A stretch of DNA of 62,520 nt, counting the filler. It is 14 parts of 14 records of this genome, joined end to end, with 100 filler letters (N's around TTAATTAATTAA, not from the genome) between each part and the next. Parts side by side here need not be neighbours in the genome. Positions count along the whole stretch, not along the records: positions 14,868 to 23,919 come from SRR15195285_7114; positions 24,020 to 28,490 come from SRR15195285_7120; positions 28,591 to 32,140 come from SRR15195285_7125; positions 32,241 to 38,399 come from SRR15195285_7126; 10 more parts are not named here. One strand, written 5' to 3'. Below, piece after piece: positions 22,286 through 35,716 of this stretch. The notes beneath the pieces are model-generated. The model did no database searches. It was not told the origin of the DNA and saw nothing but the letters and a program-made list of their open reading frames with translations. Each line of letters begins with the position of its first letter. The first letter of the stretch is position 1. The position numbers and the translations under genes are program-made.

Positions 22286-23825
22286 ATGGCAGCGGCGTCG
22301 CTGACGCAACCGCATTCTGCCGCTGCCCAGGAGTTCAGCGAGAGCGGCCAGCGGCTGCCGGTGGCGCCTGACGGTGCCAGCACACACGTCCCGCTGCAGT
22401 CCGCCGAGATGGAAGCACTGAGCGCACGGCTTGCAAAGCTGTCGGCGTGGGCGCTTGACGTGCGGAGACTCCCGTCGGGGAGGGAGCGCTCCGACCTGTC
22501 GCAGCGGCAGCCGGCACCGCCGAAGGCCGGTACACGAATTGCAGCTGAAACGCAACGCCCCTCTGCCCGCGCTCGCAGGCTTGCTACTGCGCTTCACAGT
22601 GCGCATACTGCACGGGAGGAGCGCCAAGTTCAGGCTGCAGCGGCTGCGATGCAGCAGCCCGTCGAGGAGGCGAGCAAGCAGATCATCGGCCGAATGGCCA
22701 AACTCGAGCATAGTCTGGTCCCAAAACCTCCCCAGCTGAAACCTCCTTCGCATGCACGAGCCTCCGGCTCGCCGAAGCCGGCGAGGCAGAAAGTGGTGTT
22801 AGATGAGTTGGATCGAGGAGATCTCGGTGAAGATGACTATAAAGAGGTCTTTGTGTCCCCGCGAACCGCAGTATTTCGGGGGGGCATGGACGCTGTGGCA
22901 GGTGTGGCGCGGGTAGTCGCGAAGATGAAAGAGAACCACGAAGCCACTAGGGGAGATAGAAGTGAGTACTAGTCCACAGGTTCTCGCGTTGATTGTCCGA
23001 TGAAATGTCTTGCACAGGAACTTACTTGCGCGGGGTGTGTGTTGGGTGGTGCAGCACTGTGGATTGGCGGCATTCCAGACTACATTGCGCGTCGCGGAGG
23101 CGAGTGCGAAGCTGGCATTGCGGAGGAGCTCAAGACGCTGCTTGCGCCCTTTGGCAAGCTGGAGTACGTGAAAGGGCGTTACAAGCAACCTGGTGCACAG
23201 GCCACTAGGGAAGAACACTGGCAAGGTGGTAGCTGGGGACTCGTGACGTTTACAACAAAAGCGGCGTGCGAGAAAGCTCAAACGCAGGGTGTACGTGTCG
23301 CTATCCAAGAAACTCCGTGCTCAGGAACCAAGCAGCCGGTAGAAATGGGCTGTCTCATGGTCAAACTAGTCGACAAGAAGCTTGCGGCGCAGTCGCCGAT
23401 TGGACGGCTTGCTGCAGAGCAGCATGTGGCACGGATGGAACGAGCGCTTTATCAGTACAAGCATTACGTGCGTCTGCATCACTTGCTGTCTGTGCTGGAT
23501 TTGTCAACACCTGTAACCCGGTGCAATTGTGCCACAGTTTCCGACGGGCCATCCTGCTATAGCTAGATTGAATGTCAGGCTGGCACAGGAGCTGCGCAAA
23601 GTTGGCCGCGTGGTCGACGCCAAGTATGCTGAGCAGGAGGTGGTCAGTTATGCACGAAGTTTTTCACCCACCTCATCAACGGAAACTTTCTTCGATCAGG
23701 ACGTCGAGTTTTTGGCAAAGGTTGTTCACCAACAGCAAAGTGAAGAGGGAGCTGATATCAAGAAGACGAGGCCGAAGTTAGATTCCGTGGGTTCTACACC
23801 GAAACTGAAATGGGTTGATCAATAA
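22286..23825 (+). CDS. Hypothetical protein with a divergent RRM-like domain
   Basis: Intron 22962-23054 gives TLWIGGIP (RNP2-like)..L..FG....SWGLVTF (RNP1-like). A second intron is probably 23468-23588. Confidence 0.6.
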
Positions 23826-24250
23826 TGTATCAAACTATGGTGTTATTGTCAGGTGTACCCTTGTGCCTCGCGCCCACGCGCACCACGGTTCGGCGCCAGA
23901 CACTCTCTGAGAGTGTCTGNNNNNNNNNNNNNNNNNNNNNNNNNNNNNNNNNNNNNNNNNNNNTTAATTAATTAANNNNNNNNNNNNNNNNNNNNNNNNN
24001 NNNNNNNNNNNNNNNNNNNGAGAAGGGTGAATTCTCGTGCCTCTTCCTCTTCCTCTTCCTCCTGCTCCTCGCGCGTCCTGACGAGGACGAGGTACGTGTA
24101 GATTGAAAATTCGCGTTGTTTTGGCTCCGTCTGAGTCGACTGAGGAGTGAATTCTCAATTCTGAGCCAGCCTCTATACTAGTACTACTACTCTAAGTAGT
24201 ATATTATATCGACAATGTTGAAATAGGTGACCGTCCTCGTCCAGCCGGGT

Positions 24251-24345
24251 GGGCCAAGGAGATGGAGCCGGAGGGGGCCAAGGAGACGTAGCCGGAGGGG
24301 GGCAAGCAGACGTAGCCGGAGGGGGGCAAGGAGATGGAGCCGGAG
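24251..24345 (+). repeat. 24-bp G-rich minisatellite, four copies, overlapping the start codon of the PX-ANK-TIR gene
   Basis: GGG(C/G)CAAG(G/C)AGA(TGG/CGT)AGCCGGAGG at 24251, 24275, 24299 and 24323. Confidence 0.92.
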
Positions 24346-27300
24346 CCCGAGGCGGAGCTGGAGGAGTTTGAGGAGGGCGAGGCGCAGCTGGTGGTGAGCA
24401 GGATGTCGCCGCGGGATGTGAGCGACCTGAGGAAGTCGACACGTGGCGCGGAGATCGATGTGTTTGAGCGCGTCGTGATGCTCAGCACGGAGCTGCGGGA
24501 GGCGGAGGAGGATGAGGGTGGCAACGCGTTCACGGTGTACCGGATGCGCTGCTTCACGAAGGATGACCGTGCATGGGACGTCCAAAAGCGCTTCTCCGAG
24601 TTCATCCGGCTGCGCCAGCAGCTCATAGTGAACGGCGAGGCTCCGGTCGCCAAGCTGAAGTTTCCGCGCAAAGTGCTCTGGGGCGCGACCGATCCGAAAG
24701 TCGTCGAGAAGCGAATGGTCGGGGTCCAGGCCTGGCTCAACGAGCTGCTAGCCGTGGGGATGCAGTCGGTGCGCCAGCCCTGATTCCGCCTGTGCCGCTT
24801 GATCCACGCCCACCCTGACCTGCCTGATTTGTCGCTATTTTCAGCTTGGGCTGCTGCTCGTGTGGAAGTTCTTTGAGGCAGACGGTACCGCCGCTCAGCT
24901 TGCGGACATCCAGAACAATTGGCGCCGGCGTGATAAGCGCTTCAAGGCGTTGAGATCGGGCTGGGGAGCCATTACAGCTGCGGCGCACCGTGGGGAGGCG
25001 GTGCGTCTGGAGATGCTCCTGGCGGAGCAGCATCCGGAGCCCGCCGACCTCGATGAGCGTGTGGACAAATTTGGCCAGACCGCCTTGCACCGTGCCGCTG
25101 CGTCTGGTCACACTAGGTGTGCCGTGCTCCTTCTAGATGCCGGTGCAGACCCGTCGCTGTGCAACGAATTTGGGCACTGCGCACTGCACTTGGCCGCAAG
25201 AGGTGGCCACGCAGGTGTGTTCCGCGAGCTGCTACGGCGTGGATCGCGGCTCACCAGCGCAGACCAACACGGCAATGCCGTTCTGCACGTTGCCGCACAG
25301 TATGGTCAGAAAGAGATCTTCCATCTGGCACTTCTAGCGGGTGGCGACCTGAACGCGACGACGGCATTTGGAACGACGCCCGCCGGGGTTGCGGCCAGCG
25401 CCGGTCACTATGAGTTGGCGGGATTGCTCGATGAAACATCGGCTAGCCCTACACGTCCAGCTGCGGTGTGCGAAGCAGAGACGGTGGCGCGGCGGCTGCT
25501 TGCTTTTGGCCCACCGCCGCACGGGGTAACGCATCGAGTCGAGGTGACCGGTGTGAGGGCAGCGCTGCAAGGTCTCGAGTCAGCCTTAGAGTCAGCAGAC
25601 ACTGGAGATGATGACCGGCTGCAACTCCTGAACGACACGCTGACCGCAATGTATGATGCTTCGCTGACAGCAACCGATCAGGAGCCAACGGGTGGCACGA
25701 TTGGTGCAGAGGAGGCGGTGCCTCCTGCTACTGCTGGTGACGAAGCAGCACGCAAGTGCGTAGAGGGAGTGACAGAGAGAGTGCCTCCGCTGAGGCTTGC
25801 CATACCAAAACCTGCTCCATGGCAGCAGGTTTCATCATCGCCAGTGCCGAGACCAGCAGATGTCTCAATGATGTGGAGGGATAGCCACACGAATATAGAG
25901 AGCGAGGACGGGTCAGCAAATCCGCAGAGTGTACTGGACAGCAGCGAGGACGAGGAGACCGGCCCGGCAAAATGGCAGCGAATGGAGAAGGAGCAGGAGA
26001 CGTTCCTGCATGAGCTTGATACTGACGAAGTCAGCCGACATCAACCTAAGCTGGCAGTATCAATGCGAGCGTCCACAACGATACCGACACCGGCATCCGC
26101 ATCTACACCGGCACCGGCGCCAAATGGTTCCAAGCAGGGCTCGGCTTCGGTGCCAGTTGTGGCGACGGCTGTAGATCCGGCAACTGAGGAACCTGCATCT
26201 GAAGGAACAGGCCTGCCTCTGGTGCTGATTGAAACGCCTGAGCCGCGCGCAACTCGCTCGCGTTCACTCTCGCTGCGACTGTCTCCGCGATCTTCGCAGT
26301 CTCCGGGCAGACTACTTTCCTCGTCACCGTCGACTACCAGTGCCTCCTCGTCTCCACAGGCTTCGGCGGCTGCAGCAGCTCACAGCCCGAGTACCGCAGC
26401 AGAGACGGCAGGATCAGACAGTCGGAGTAGCCCGGTGCTCGCAGGTCAAGTGCTTAAAGATGTGGCCCGGGACGCTATGCGAGCGAGCTTTACGGAAGCG
26501 ATGGCAGAACGTGGCGAGCAACTTGCGTCGCCTCGGGCAGCTATCTCTGCACCTGACTCAGCACAGCAGCCACCGGCTATCTCCGAACCTGGCTCGGAAC
26601 AACAGCCGCAGACAGAGGAACAAGTACCCGAGCAGAGACACAACGACCAGAATGTCACGGAGCCTGCTGCAGCCGAGCCTAAAGATGATGGCAGTGAACC
26701 CGTAGATGTGGACGAGGTATTCAGCTCTTGCTGCTTTGGTTCTCGCTCATCGTTGGTTTCAACAGCACGACTACTGATGCTACCACTGGTTGGTGGATTT
26801 TCAGCATCTTCATTTTCGTGGACATTAGCGTGCGTGCGCATCTCAGCCTTGCTGATACACCCTTAGTCCGTTCATATCCCAGTCGTGAAAAATGTACATT
26901 GTGCTAGCATCAAGTACGATGCTACTGTGGCTGACGACATCAGATTGTCTTCCCGCTCAACCTCACCATCCTCTATAAAGACGCGATCGTATCATCGACG
27001 CGGGTCAATGCACGCTGGCAACTGCGTGGCCACTACGCTGGATTTCTCAGCCATTACAAGACTGAGGCCGCGGCAGATGCACGCCAAATCAAGACGGGGT
27101 TGACAGATCAGCTTGGCGTGCCTGTGTTCTTAGATTCGGTGAGCACACGCGACAAGACCAAACACATCGTCAAATTCTCTTTTGGGGCAGACCCTTCATT
27201 TGTGGTTTCAATCGCCAGGAGGAGTGTGTGCCTGAACAGCTTGCTGTGGGCGTCTTGCAGGATGATTTGCGAGACTTGCGCGAATTACAAGGGCAACTGC

Positions 27301-28097
27301 GTAGCTCAGATGTACTACTGTTCTTTCAGACCAAGAGCGTTCTAACGCGACCGTGGTGTCTGATCGAGCTGTATACAGCTGTGACCGAGGTACGTGACCA
27401 TCGCAATGCTGAAATGATGTAGAACGATGCGTTGGAGTCACAATCGAGCTACTAGCACGTGAGCTCTGGACGGCAAGCTGCTTGTGGCGTCTAAGTGAGA
27501 CGTCATTTCGATTTGCTTTCATCTACAGGGGATCCCAATCGTCCCCATTGCTGTGAACGGTCAATTCCCATACTCGTTCGAGGCCGCGCGAGAATTTTTG
27601 GACAAATTCGAAACAGAGATCAGTGACAAATGGCAAGGGTGAGCACTGTTCAGACACACGCCTGTGTTGTCGGCTAGTCCAAAAGCTTCAATACGAGCGC
27701 AATCACAATGCTATGTTGTCAGCTGGCCGGCTTTGTGTCTCTGATTATCTCCTTGTCCCTGCGTCCATCTCTCTGTCTCTCCTACTGTGTACGTGCGCAT
27801 GGTAGGGATGAGCTACGGAAACAAGGTTTTGACATCAGCAAAATGGGGCGGGTATTGCGAGAGAGCCTCCCGTACATCATATCCAACCGGATTGACTCGC
27901 AGTCGGATCGGACCAACTGCATGGCATCTGTCGGACAAGGACAGACGTGGGAGCCTGCTGCAAGCCACGAGGTGCTCAGGGCACAGCTGCAACAAATTAT
28001 TCGAGCGATGGAGCAGGCAGTGGCCTTTCGAGGCGAAAGTGATGCTTCGCTACTTACGACAGGGCCGCAGCTCGATGAGCGGACACAGCTGTTGTAG
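24334..28097 (+). CDS. PX domain, ankyrin repeat and TIR domain protein (about 1010 aa)
   Basis: Exons 24334-24768, 24845-26716, 26944-27138, 27261-27389, 27529-27638 and 27806-28097 join in frame. PX: FTVYRM..VQKRFSEF..FPRK..VEKRM. Ankyrin: GQTALHRAA, GHCALHLAA, GNAVLHVAA, GTTPAGVAA. TIR: FLSHYK..VFLDSDDL..SDVLLFFQTKSVLTRPWCLIELYTA..IPIVPI. Confidence 0.85.
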
Positions 28098-28947
28098 TTT
28101 GTCGTTTTTAAAAGTGCTGCCTAGAGAAGGCATAATTAATAGGTGCTGCTGAGCATCTTGTACTATCCACCAATACTGATCTCCAGTGTGCTCGGCTATA
28201 GGTGGGGCCCCTTTTCGAGGGCCTTTTGCCTCATGCGACACTCCTTGCCATTTTACGTAGCTCCTTCTGTCGTTATTTCGCTACACGATACCGTGTAGCG
28301 GCCGGTAGCGCTCAAGCCTTGCGCGACTTACGCGACTACCTCCCAATGCACGATTCTTCCATCATTTACGACTACCTTCTGGCAAAAATTCTCGCTTGCT
28401 GAAGTCGTACTGTGTGTTTCCCATGTTCCGAGACTTCCCAAGAAAGTTTTCGTCAAAATGTTTCGTGCCGTACATCGATGGAAAGCGGAGNNNNNNNNNN
28501 NNNNNNNNNNNNNNNNNNNNNNNNNNNNNNNNNNTTAATTAATTAANNNNNNNNNNNNNNNNNNNNNNNNNNNNNNNNNNNNNNNNNNNNATTCTCCTGG
28601 GCAGCATGACCGCTGGACCGGCCGCCGTGTTGTGTGGAAATTCCCACTGGAAATGAAGATCGAATGGATGCTGGGCGAATGATGCGAGAATCGACGCGGG
28701 CGTGTGACGTGATACGGTACACGTAGGTCACAAGCAGATGTCGAATATGAGGACGTGCGCGAATCACGTCAGACCTCGCTCCTGTGTGGAAATTGCAAAT
28801 GTGGAAAGTGTCAAACTCAACTCTGGCACAGCCGAACTCGCCGAGGAAATGTACTGTAGGGCAACAACCGGACATCAGTCATCACAGGACTTTTCATTCC
28901 CGACCATTCATCGAGTGACAAACTGACTGCTGATGGCTGCTGCACAA

Positions 28948-28990
28948 GGAAATTGTCGTGGAAATTGTCGTGGAAATGGCCGTGGAATTG
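28948..28990. repeat. 12-bp tandem repeat GGAAATTGTCGT, about 3.5 copies
   Basis: Copies start at 28948, 28960, 28972 and 28984. Confidence 0.85.
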
Positions 28991-29350
28991 CTTTTGACTT
29001 TTGTCGCTCACGGCGAGTCGACCCACCGCGGATGCCGCGCGGGGCTGAAAATTCGTGGCGCGCGCGCGGATTGAGCCTCTACGTAAGCCACGCGACCGCA
29101 TTTTCGGACCAATTTTCGTCCCTTATTTCGTGGCGTTGATCGTGTCGGACTCGCTACCTGTGTCGCTTGGTTTTGTGCGAGTGGTCGAGGTGCGAGTGTT
29201 GCTTGGTGTGGTGGGCGCTGTGGGAGGGAGGGGCTGCGTGGGTGAGGGAGGCGACCTGGTCGGAGTCGCTACTCCAGCACACAAGTTGCTCAGATCCAGT
29301 TTCCACATTTGTGTGGAAAGCACCTGGTTGAGAGCTGTGGCGGTCCGGCG

Positions 29351-30125
29351 ATGGACGTAATCACCGCCGCTGCAGTAATGTCCGCCGCTTTCTGCACGTC
29401 GGAACGGCACACCGACGACGAGACGCCAGGACCTCCACAAAAGCGCTTGAGGAGGCCGCCTGCTGCTGACGTCTGCAGCTCGTCGATCTTGGCAGAGGTT
29501 GGGAATCCCCGCGGTGCGTACACCACAGGCGCGCCGGGCACACCGAGTACAGAGTCGATCGACCTGTGTCCGCTGTGCGGGAACGCCACCTTCAAGAAGG
29601 GCGGGCTGCGGGAGGAAGTCGACATCGTGGCACGCGGTCAGGTGGGTGGTGCTGTGGCGTCCGGCACAGGCCGGTACAAGATCAGAAAAGAAGCACGCAA
29701 AGACAACCGTCTGGCGGCGTGGTACAGCCGCTTCGGCTACCGTGGCCCACTGTATTGCAAGGCATGTTCTGGTACGCTCTGCATACAGCGCGCGCAGCCG
29801 CTGTCAGCGTCCTCTTTAAGTGAGCGCGAAATACTAGATGCCATTGTGCTCTGTGGTAGCATCCTCGGCTGATGCGCTGATCGATGAGTGTTCGGCCCGC
29901 GCAGAGAGTTTCCGGTCCCATCTGATTAACCGCAAATCACGCCCACGCTGTGGGTGCACCTGGAGCACCCCATGTGCGCATTGTCAGCTCATACTTAACG
30001 GCTTCGTCGGCATGCGAGTAGAGCAAGTCTTCGCAAAGTTCGAAGCACACAGGCAGCAGCGCCTGGCGAACAAGCGGCCAGCTCCGCGGGCACCTCCGAA
30101 GGTCGCGAACAGGGTGGTGCTGTAG
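29351..30125 (+). CDS. Small putative nuclear Cys-rich (zinc-binding) protein
   Basis: NLS-like PPQKRLRRP and CPLC. The motif WYSRFGYRGPLYCKACSESFRSHL..CGCTWSTPCAHC spans the phase-1 intron 29772-29904. Confidence 0.65.
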
Positions 30126-30354
30126 ATCTTCGTGTAGGGTCACGATTACGAGCTACGTGACTTAATTGAGGCGCGGTTCAACGCGTTGGACCGAGCTAGG
30201 CTGCTGGGTGCATGGCATTCACAAGGCAACGCTCTGTCTCATCCTCGTGAAAATCTGACTGAAATAACTCGTCAGCATCACATAATTGTGAACGTCTACA
30301 GCTGCCGCGTGTACATCCACCCGGATGCAGTGACAACACGCAATGAAGCCAAAT

Positions 30355-32140
<1,786 letters not shown>

Positions 32141-32350
32141 NNNNNNNNNNNNNNNNNNNNNNNNNNNNNNNNNNNNNNNNNNNNTTAATTAATTAANNNN
32201 NNNNNNNNNNNNNNNNNNNNNNNNNNNNNNNNNNNNNNNNCGACATTGGCGTCATGGGACCTTCGTGCGCAGGCGGCGCGCGCGCGAGCTCGCGCCGCGG
32301 CCGGCGCCGCGGGACAGCTGGGCTTGGGCTGCTGGCTGGGCTTCTCAAGG

Positions 32351-34164
32351 ATGCTCCCAGCGGGGAGGGCGGCGCTGCGAGCGAGGGCGCCATTGCTTGC
32401 CTGCCCTCGTTCCGCTGGGTGCACGTGGGGGTGGTTCTCGACGGTTGCGGAGGGTGGGGAGGCATGGACGGACTTCGGTCGGCGGTTCACTGCAGACAGT
32501 GGCATCAACCGCCTGATGGACGATCTCGCCGACGCGACGCGGCCTGGAGCGCCGCCGGTGTTGATGATGGGGGGTGGTAATCCGGCGCAGATCCCAGAGG
32601 TGAAGGAGGCGCTTCGGGAAACGATGATCAAGATGCTCCAGGATGAGCCAGGCGAGCAGAGCGCACCGCTGCTTCACGCCGTCTCGAACTACGACGGTCC
32701 TCCAGGAGGGAAGGGCCTCGTCGAGGCCGTGGCGGAGCACTTCAGCGAGACCTACGGCTGGGATATCAGCGCAGAGAACGTCGCGCTGACCAACGGGTCG
32801 CAGAGCAGCTTCTTTTACCTGTTCAATGCGCTCGCCGGTGAGGAGGCGGGAGTGGGGCGCAAGAAGGTGCTCTTTCCGCTGTGCCCCGAGTACCTTGGGT
32901 ATGCGGAGGTCGGGCTCTCCGACGACATGTTCACGAGCGTGCGCCCAAGCATTGACATCGACGAGGAGGCGAACCTCTACAAGTACTCGATCGACTTTGA
33001 CCGACTCGAGGTGGAGGTAGACTGGTCCGAAATCGGTGTGGTATGCGTGTCCCGCCCGACCAATCCCACGGGCAACGTCCTCACTGACGACGAAGTGGAG
33101 CGCTTGGACGTTCTTGCGAAAAAGCACGGCATTCCGCTGCTGATAGACAACGCATATGGCACGCCGTTCCCCTCAATCATCCATGTACCAGCGACTCCTG
33201 TATGGAACGACAACATCATTCTCTGCCTCTCTTTGTCTAAACTTGGTCTTCCTGGTGAGATGCATATCCTAGAACTCGTCACCATGAACTCACATGCGAG
33301 TGGAGACGTGCTTGCTCGTCTCTCAGGCAATGTATGAACAACCCTGACTGACACCATGTCATCTGAATTGGTTGAAAACAGGGGTGCGGACTGGTATCTG
33401 CATAGCGCGCCCCGGGTTGATCAAGGCTATTGCCAACTGCAACGGCATTCTCACGCTGGCGCCAAACTCACTCGGCCCAGCTATCGGCGCCCAACTCCTC
33501 CAGGATGGGACTGTCCAGCAGCTCTCAGCAGAGGTGGTACGGCCCTTTTACAAGGAACGTGCGACGGCAGCGATGCGAATCTTGCAAGAGGAGCTGAACG
33601 ATGCGATGGGTCCGGAACACCGTGTGCTGGTGCACAAGCCGGAGGGCTGCATCTTCCTCTGGATATGGTTCCGAGACCTCCCGATCAGCGCAGAGCAGCT
33701 CTACTTCAAGCTTAAGGAGAAGGGGGTGCTGATCATACCGGGCCATCTATTTTTCCCGGGTCAGGAGGTGAGTTTAGCGTTGAAGATCTCGTTCCCCTAA
33801 AGTGTGCAACCACCCAATTTGACCGAAGCATTCGGCGTGACAGAGTTCTGATTGGCCGCACAAGCACGAGTGCATACGGATGAGCTACGGCTCTCTCACG
33901 GTGAGTGGGTGCACCCCGCAACCTCTGTCTGCAGCTGCCACATAGCCTACTGTAGTTTTCAGTAGGAGAGCAGGTCGATGTTGAGGTTCTCTGACCCAGG
34001 ACTCGTTGCAGAACTTTTACACTCGAGATGCTCGTTATCAGCGTCAGAATGACTAACCAGGGTTGCCTCGATGCTTCGCGCCGCTGTCGCAGGACGATGA
34101 GACACTGCGGAAAGGTATTAGACTAATTGCAACCGAGGCCGCAGATGCGTATGGTGATGCCTGA
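32351..34164 (+). CDS. avtA: Valine-pyruvate aminotransferase (AvtA-like, PLP-dependent) with a putative N-terminal targeting peptide
   Basis: Motifs MGGGNPAQIPE, LTNGSQSSFFYLFN, PEYLGY, VSRPTNPTGNV, DNAYGTPFP, SLSKLGLPGVRTG, HKPEGCIFLWIWF and HECIRMSY. Introns 33255-33381, 33768-33843 and 33901-34092. Confidence 0.9.
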
Positions 34165-34895
34165 ACCCTGGCAAGCAATTAAGGCCTTGCCAACAGCAGG
34201 CTATCTAGTGTAAGCTGCCACTGAATGATAGGTCAAGTATCGCCACGGTTCTTGCAGTCATAGCCTTGCTGGCCGCGAGCTAGTACCAGATACGTAATCA
34301 GAAGTAGCCGAAACATCAGCTGGTGCACCGAGTTGGACATTCCAGGAAGATGGAAAGGGTACGCGGTAGATTCTCTTGCTCATTTTTGCGTACCTACTCA
34401 AACCACAATCGTGCGGACATTAGCATATCATCACGGAATCATCGAGGGATGCGCTATAGATTTAAAACGTGCGCTTGCATCTGTTCGCACCATGGGTCAT
34501 CGGTCCCTCGCGTCACCACTGCCGGCTCACCGTGATCCAGGACGGCGTGTAGGCTGCCGAGATTGTCTGCACCGGTTGGGTGGTCAGTAGCGTTTTCGAG
34601 GTATCGTACAGTCGTCGTGTGTCCAGACATGCAGATCGCTGATTTGCACGATTAGCATCGTGCCACCGCCGACTACGTACTGGGGTCACAACGTTCGTGC
34701 GTCCAGGTGTAGGAGAGGCGGGTTGCCACGCGGAATATTGAGTCTTGGGAAAATAGGAAAACCTGGCTCCGTCGCATTTTCGCCGAAGACGGGCCAAAAT
34801 AGGCACAAACATCGCAGATTCTTCGAGGTTTATTGGGCTAGATTTATCGGTTCTCGCCTACGGCGCTAGTGCTGGCCGCGCCTGCGGCGCCAGAG

Positions 34896-35500
34896 TCAGG
34901 TGTTTTTACGCCACAAGTTGACCAGGGCAAACCCCCCCACAAGTGCACACATCACCAACGTTGCACGCAACTTTGGTGTTCCCGGCATGATGTGGACACA
35001 CCGTCCTATCACGTAGGGTGGCCATTGAAAACTAGTCACTCGGGCCGGGTAACTAATTTGTATACACACCGGTAGGGAAAACAAGTACGACTCGCTAGGA
35101 ATACAATCCCCACCCTGACCGTCATTGTATGTATCATCTGAGCACATTTCGCACGCTGAGCGAGCATCGTTTGGGCGCTTCCCCGCGGGGCACAGAATAC
35201 ACTCAGCTCCGATCTCGGAGAACCATGTCGTATTTGTCAGGGGAGTCACGACCTTAGATAGAGGAGACAACGCACCCTCTTCCTCACCATGGTGTCTAGC
35301 TGCGGGTTCGCACAGCTAGTGTGAACCAAGGGGCGGAAAATGACCTGGGGCGAAAAATGATTACACGGAATGTGTCTGCTACCATACATATTGTACCAAA
35401 CACAATATTCGAATAGCTAGCAGCACTACGCGATAGGGAGCCGATGAGTCGCGGTGGTATGTTGGAAGGCGCGCAACTACGCACTTGTACGCGCATACGC
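34896..35500 (-). pseudogene. Fragment of a Cys-rich repeat (GCC2/GCC3-like) surface protein; gene model unresolved
   Basis: ECILCPAGKRPNDARSACEMCSDDTYNDGQGGDCIP near 35095-35205. I could not build a full reading frame around it. Confidence 0.35.
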
Positions 35501-35716
35501 CCGGGCGGCGATACGACGTACCCTCGCACCGCGCGCGCCGCACACAATTCCCTCATGCCCGGAGGCCATTTCCCGGACCGCGTTTCGACATGATGCAATT
35601 TTTTTGCATGATTGCGATCGGTGATTCACATGTTGATGCTGGAAGATAAGGCATAAGCTGGCCACATGCCCCAGTTCACTTAGCAGTCCATAGAGAACTT
35701 TTTCAGCCATCGGCAC

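Noticed and set aside
24289-24315. In-frame TAG codons suggesting stop-codon reassignment
   Set aside because: TAG ends well-supported genes (486, 17062, 28097), and conserved domains contain no internal TAG once introns are removed.
24251-24345. 24-bp repeat as a CRISPR array
   Set aside because: The units are directly adjacent with no unique spacers, there are no cas genes, and the context is eukaryotic.
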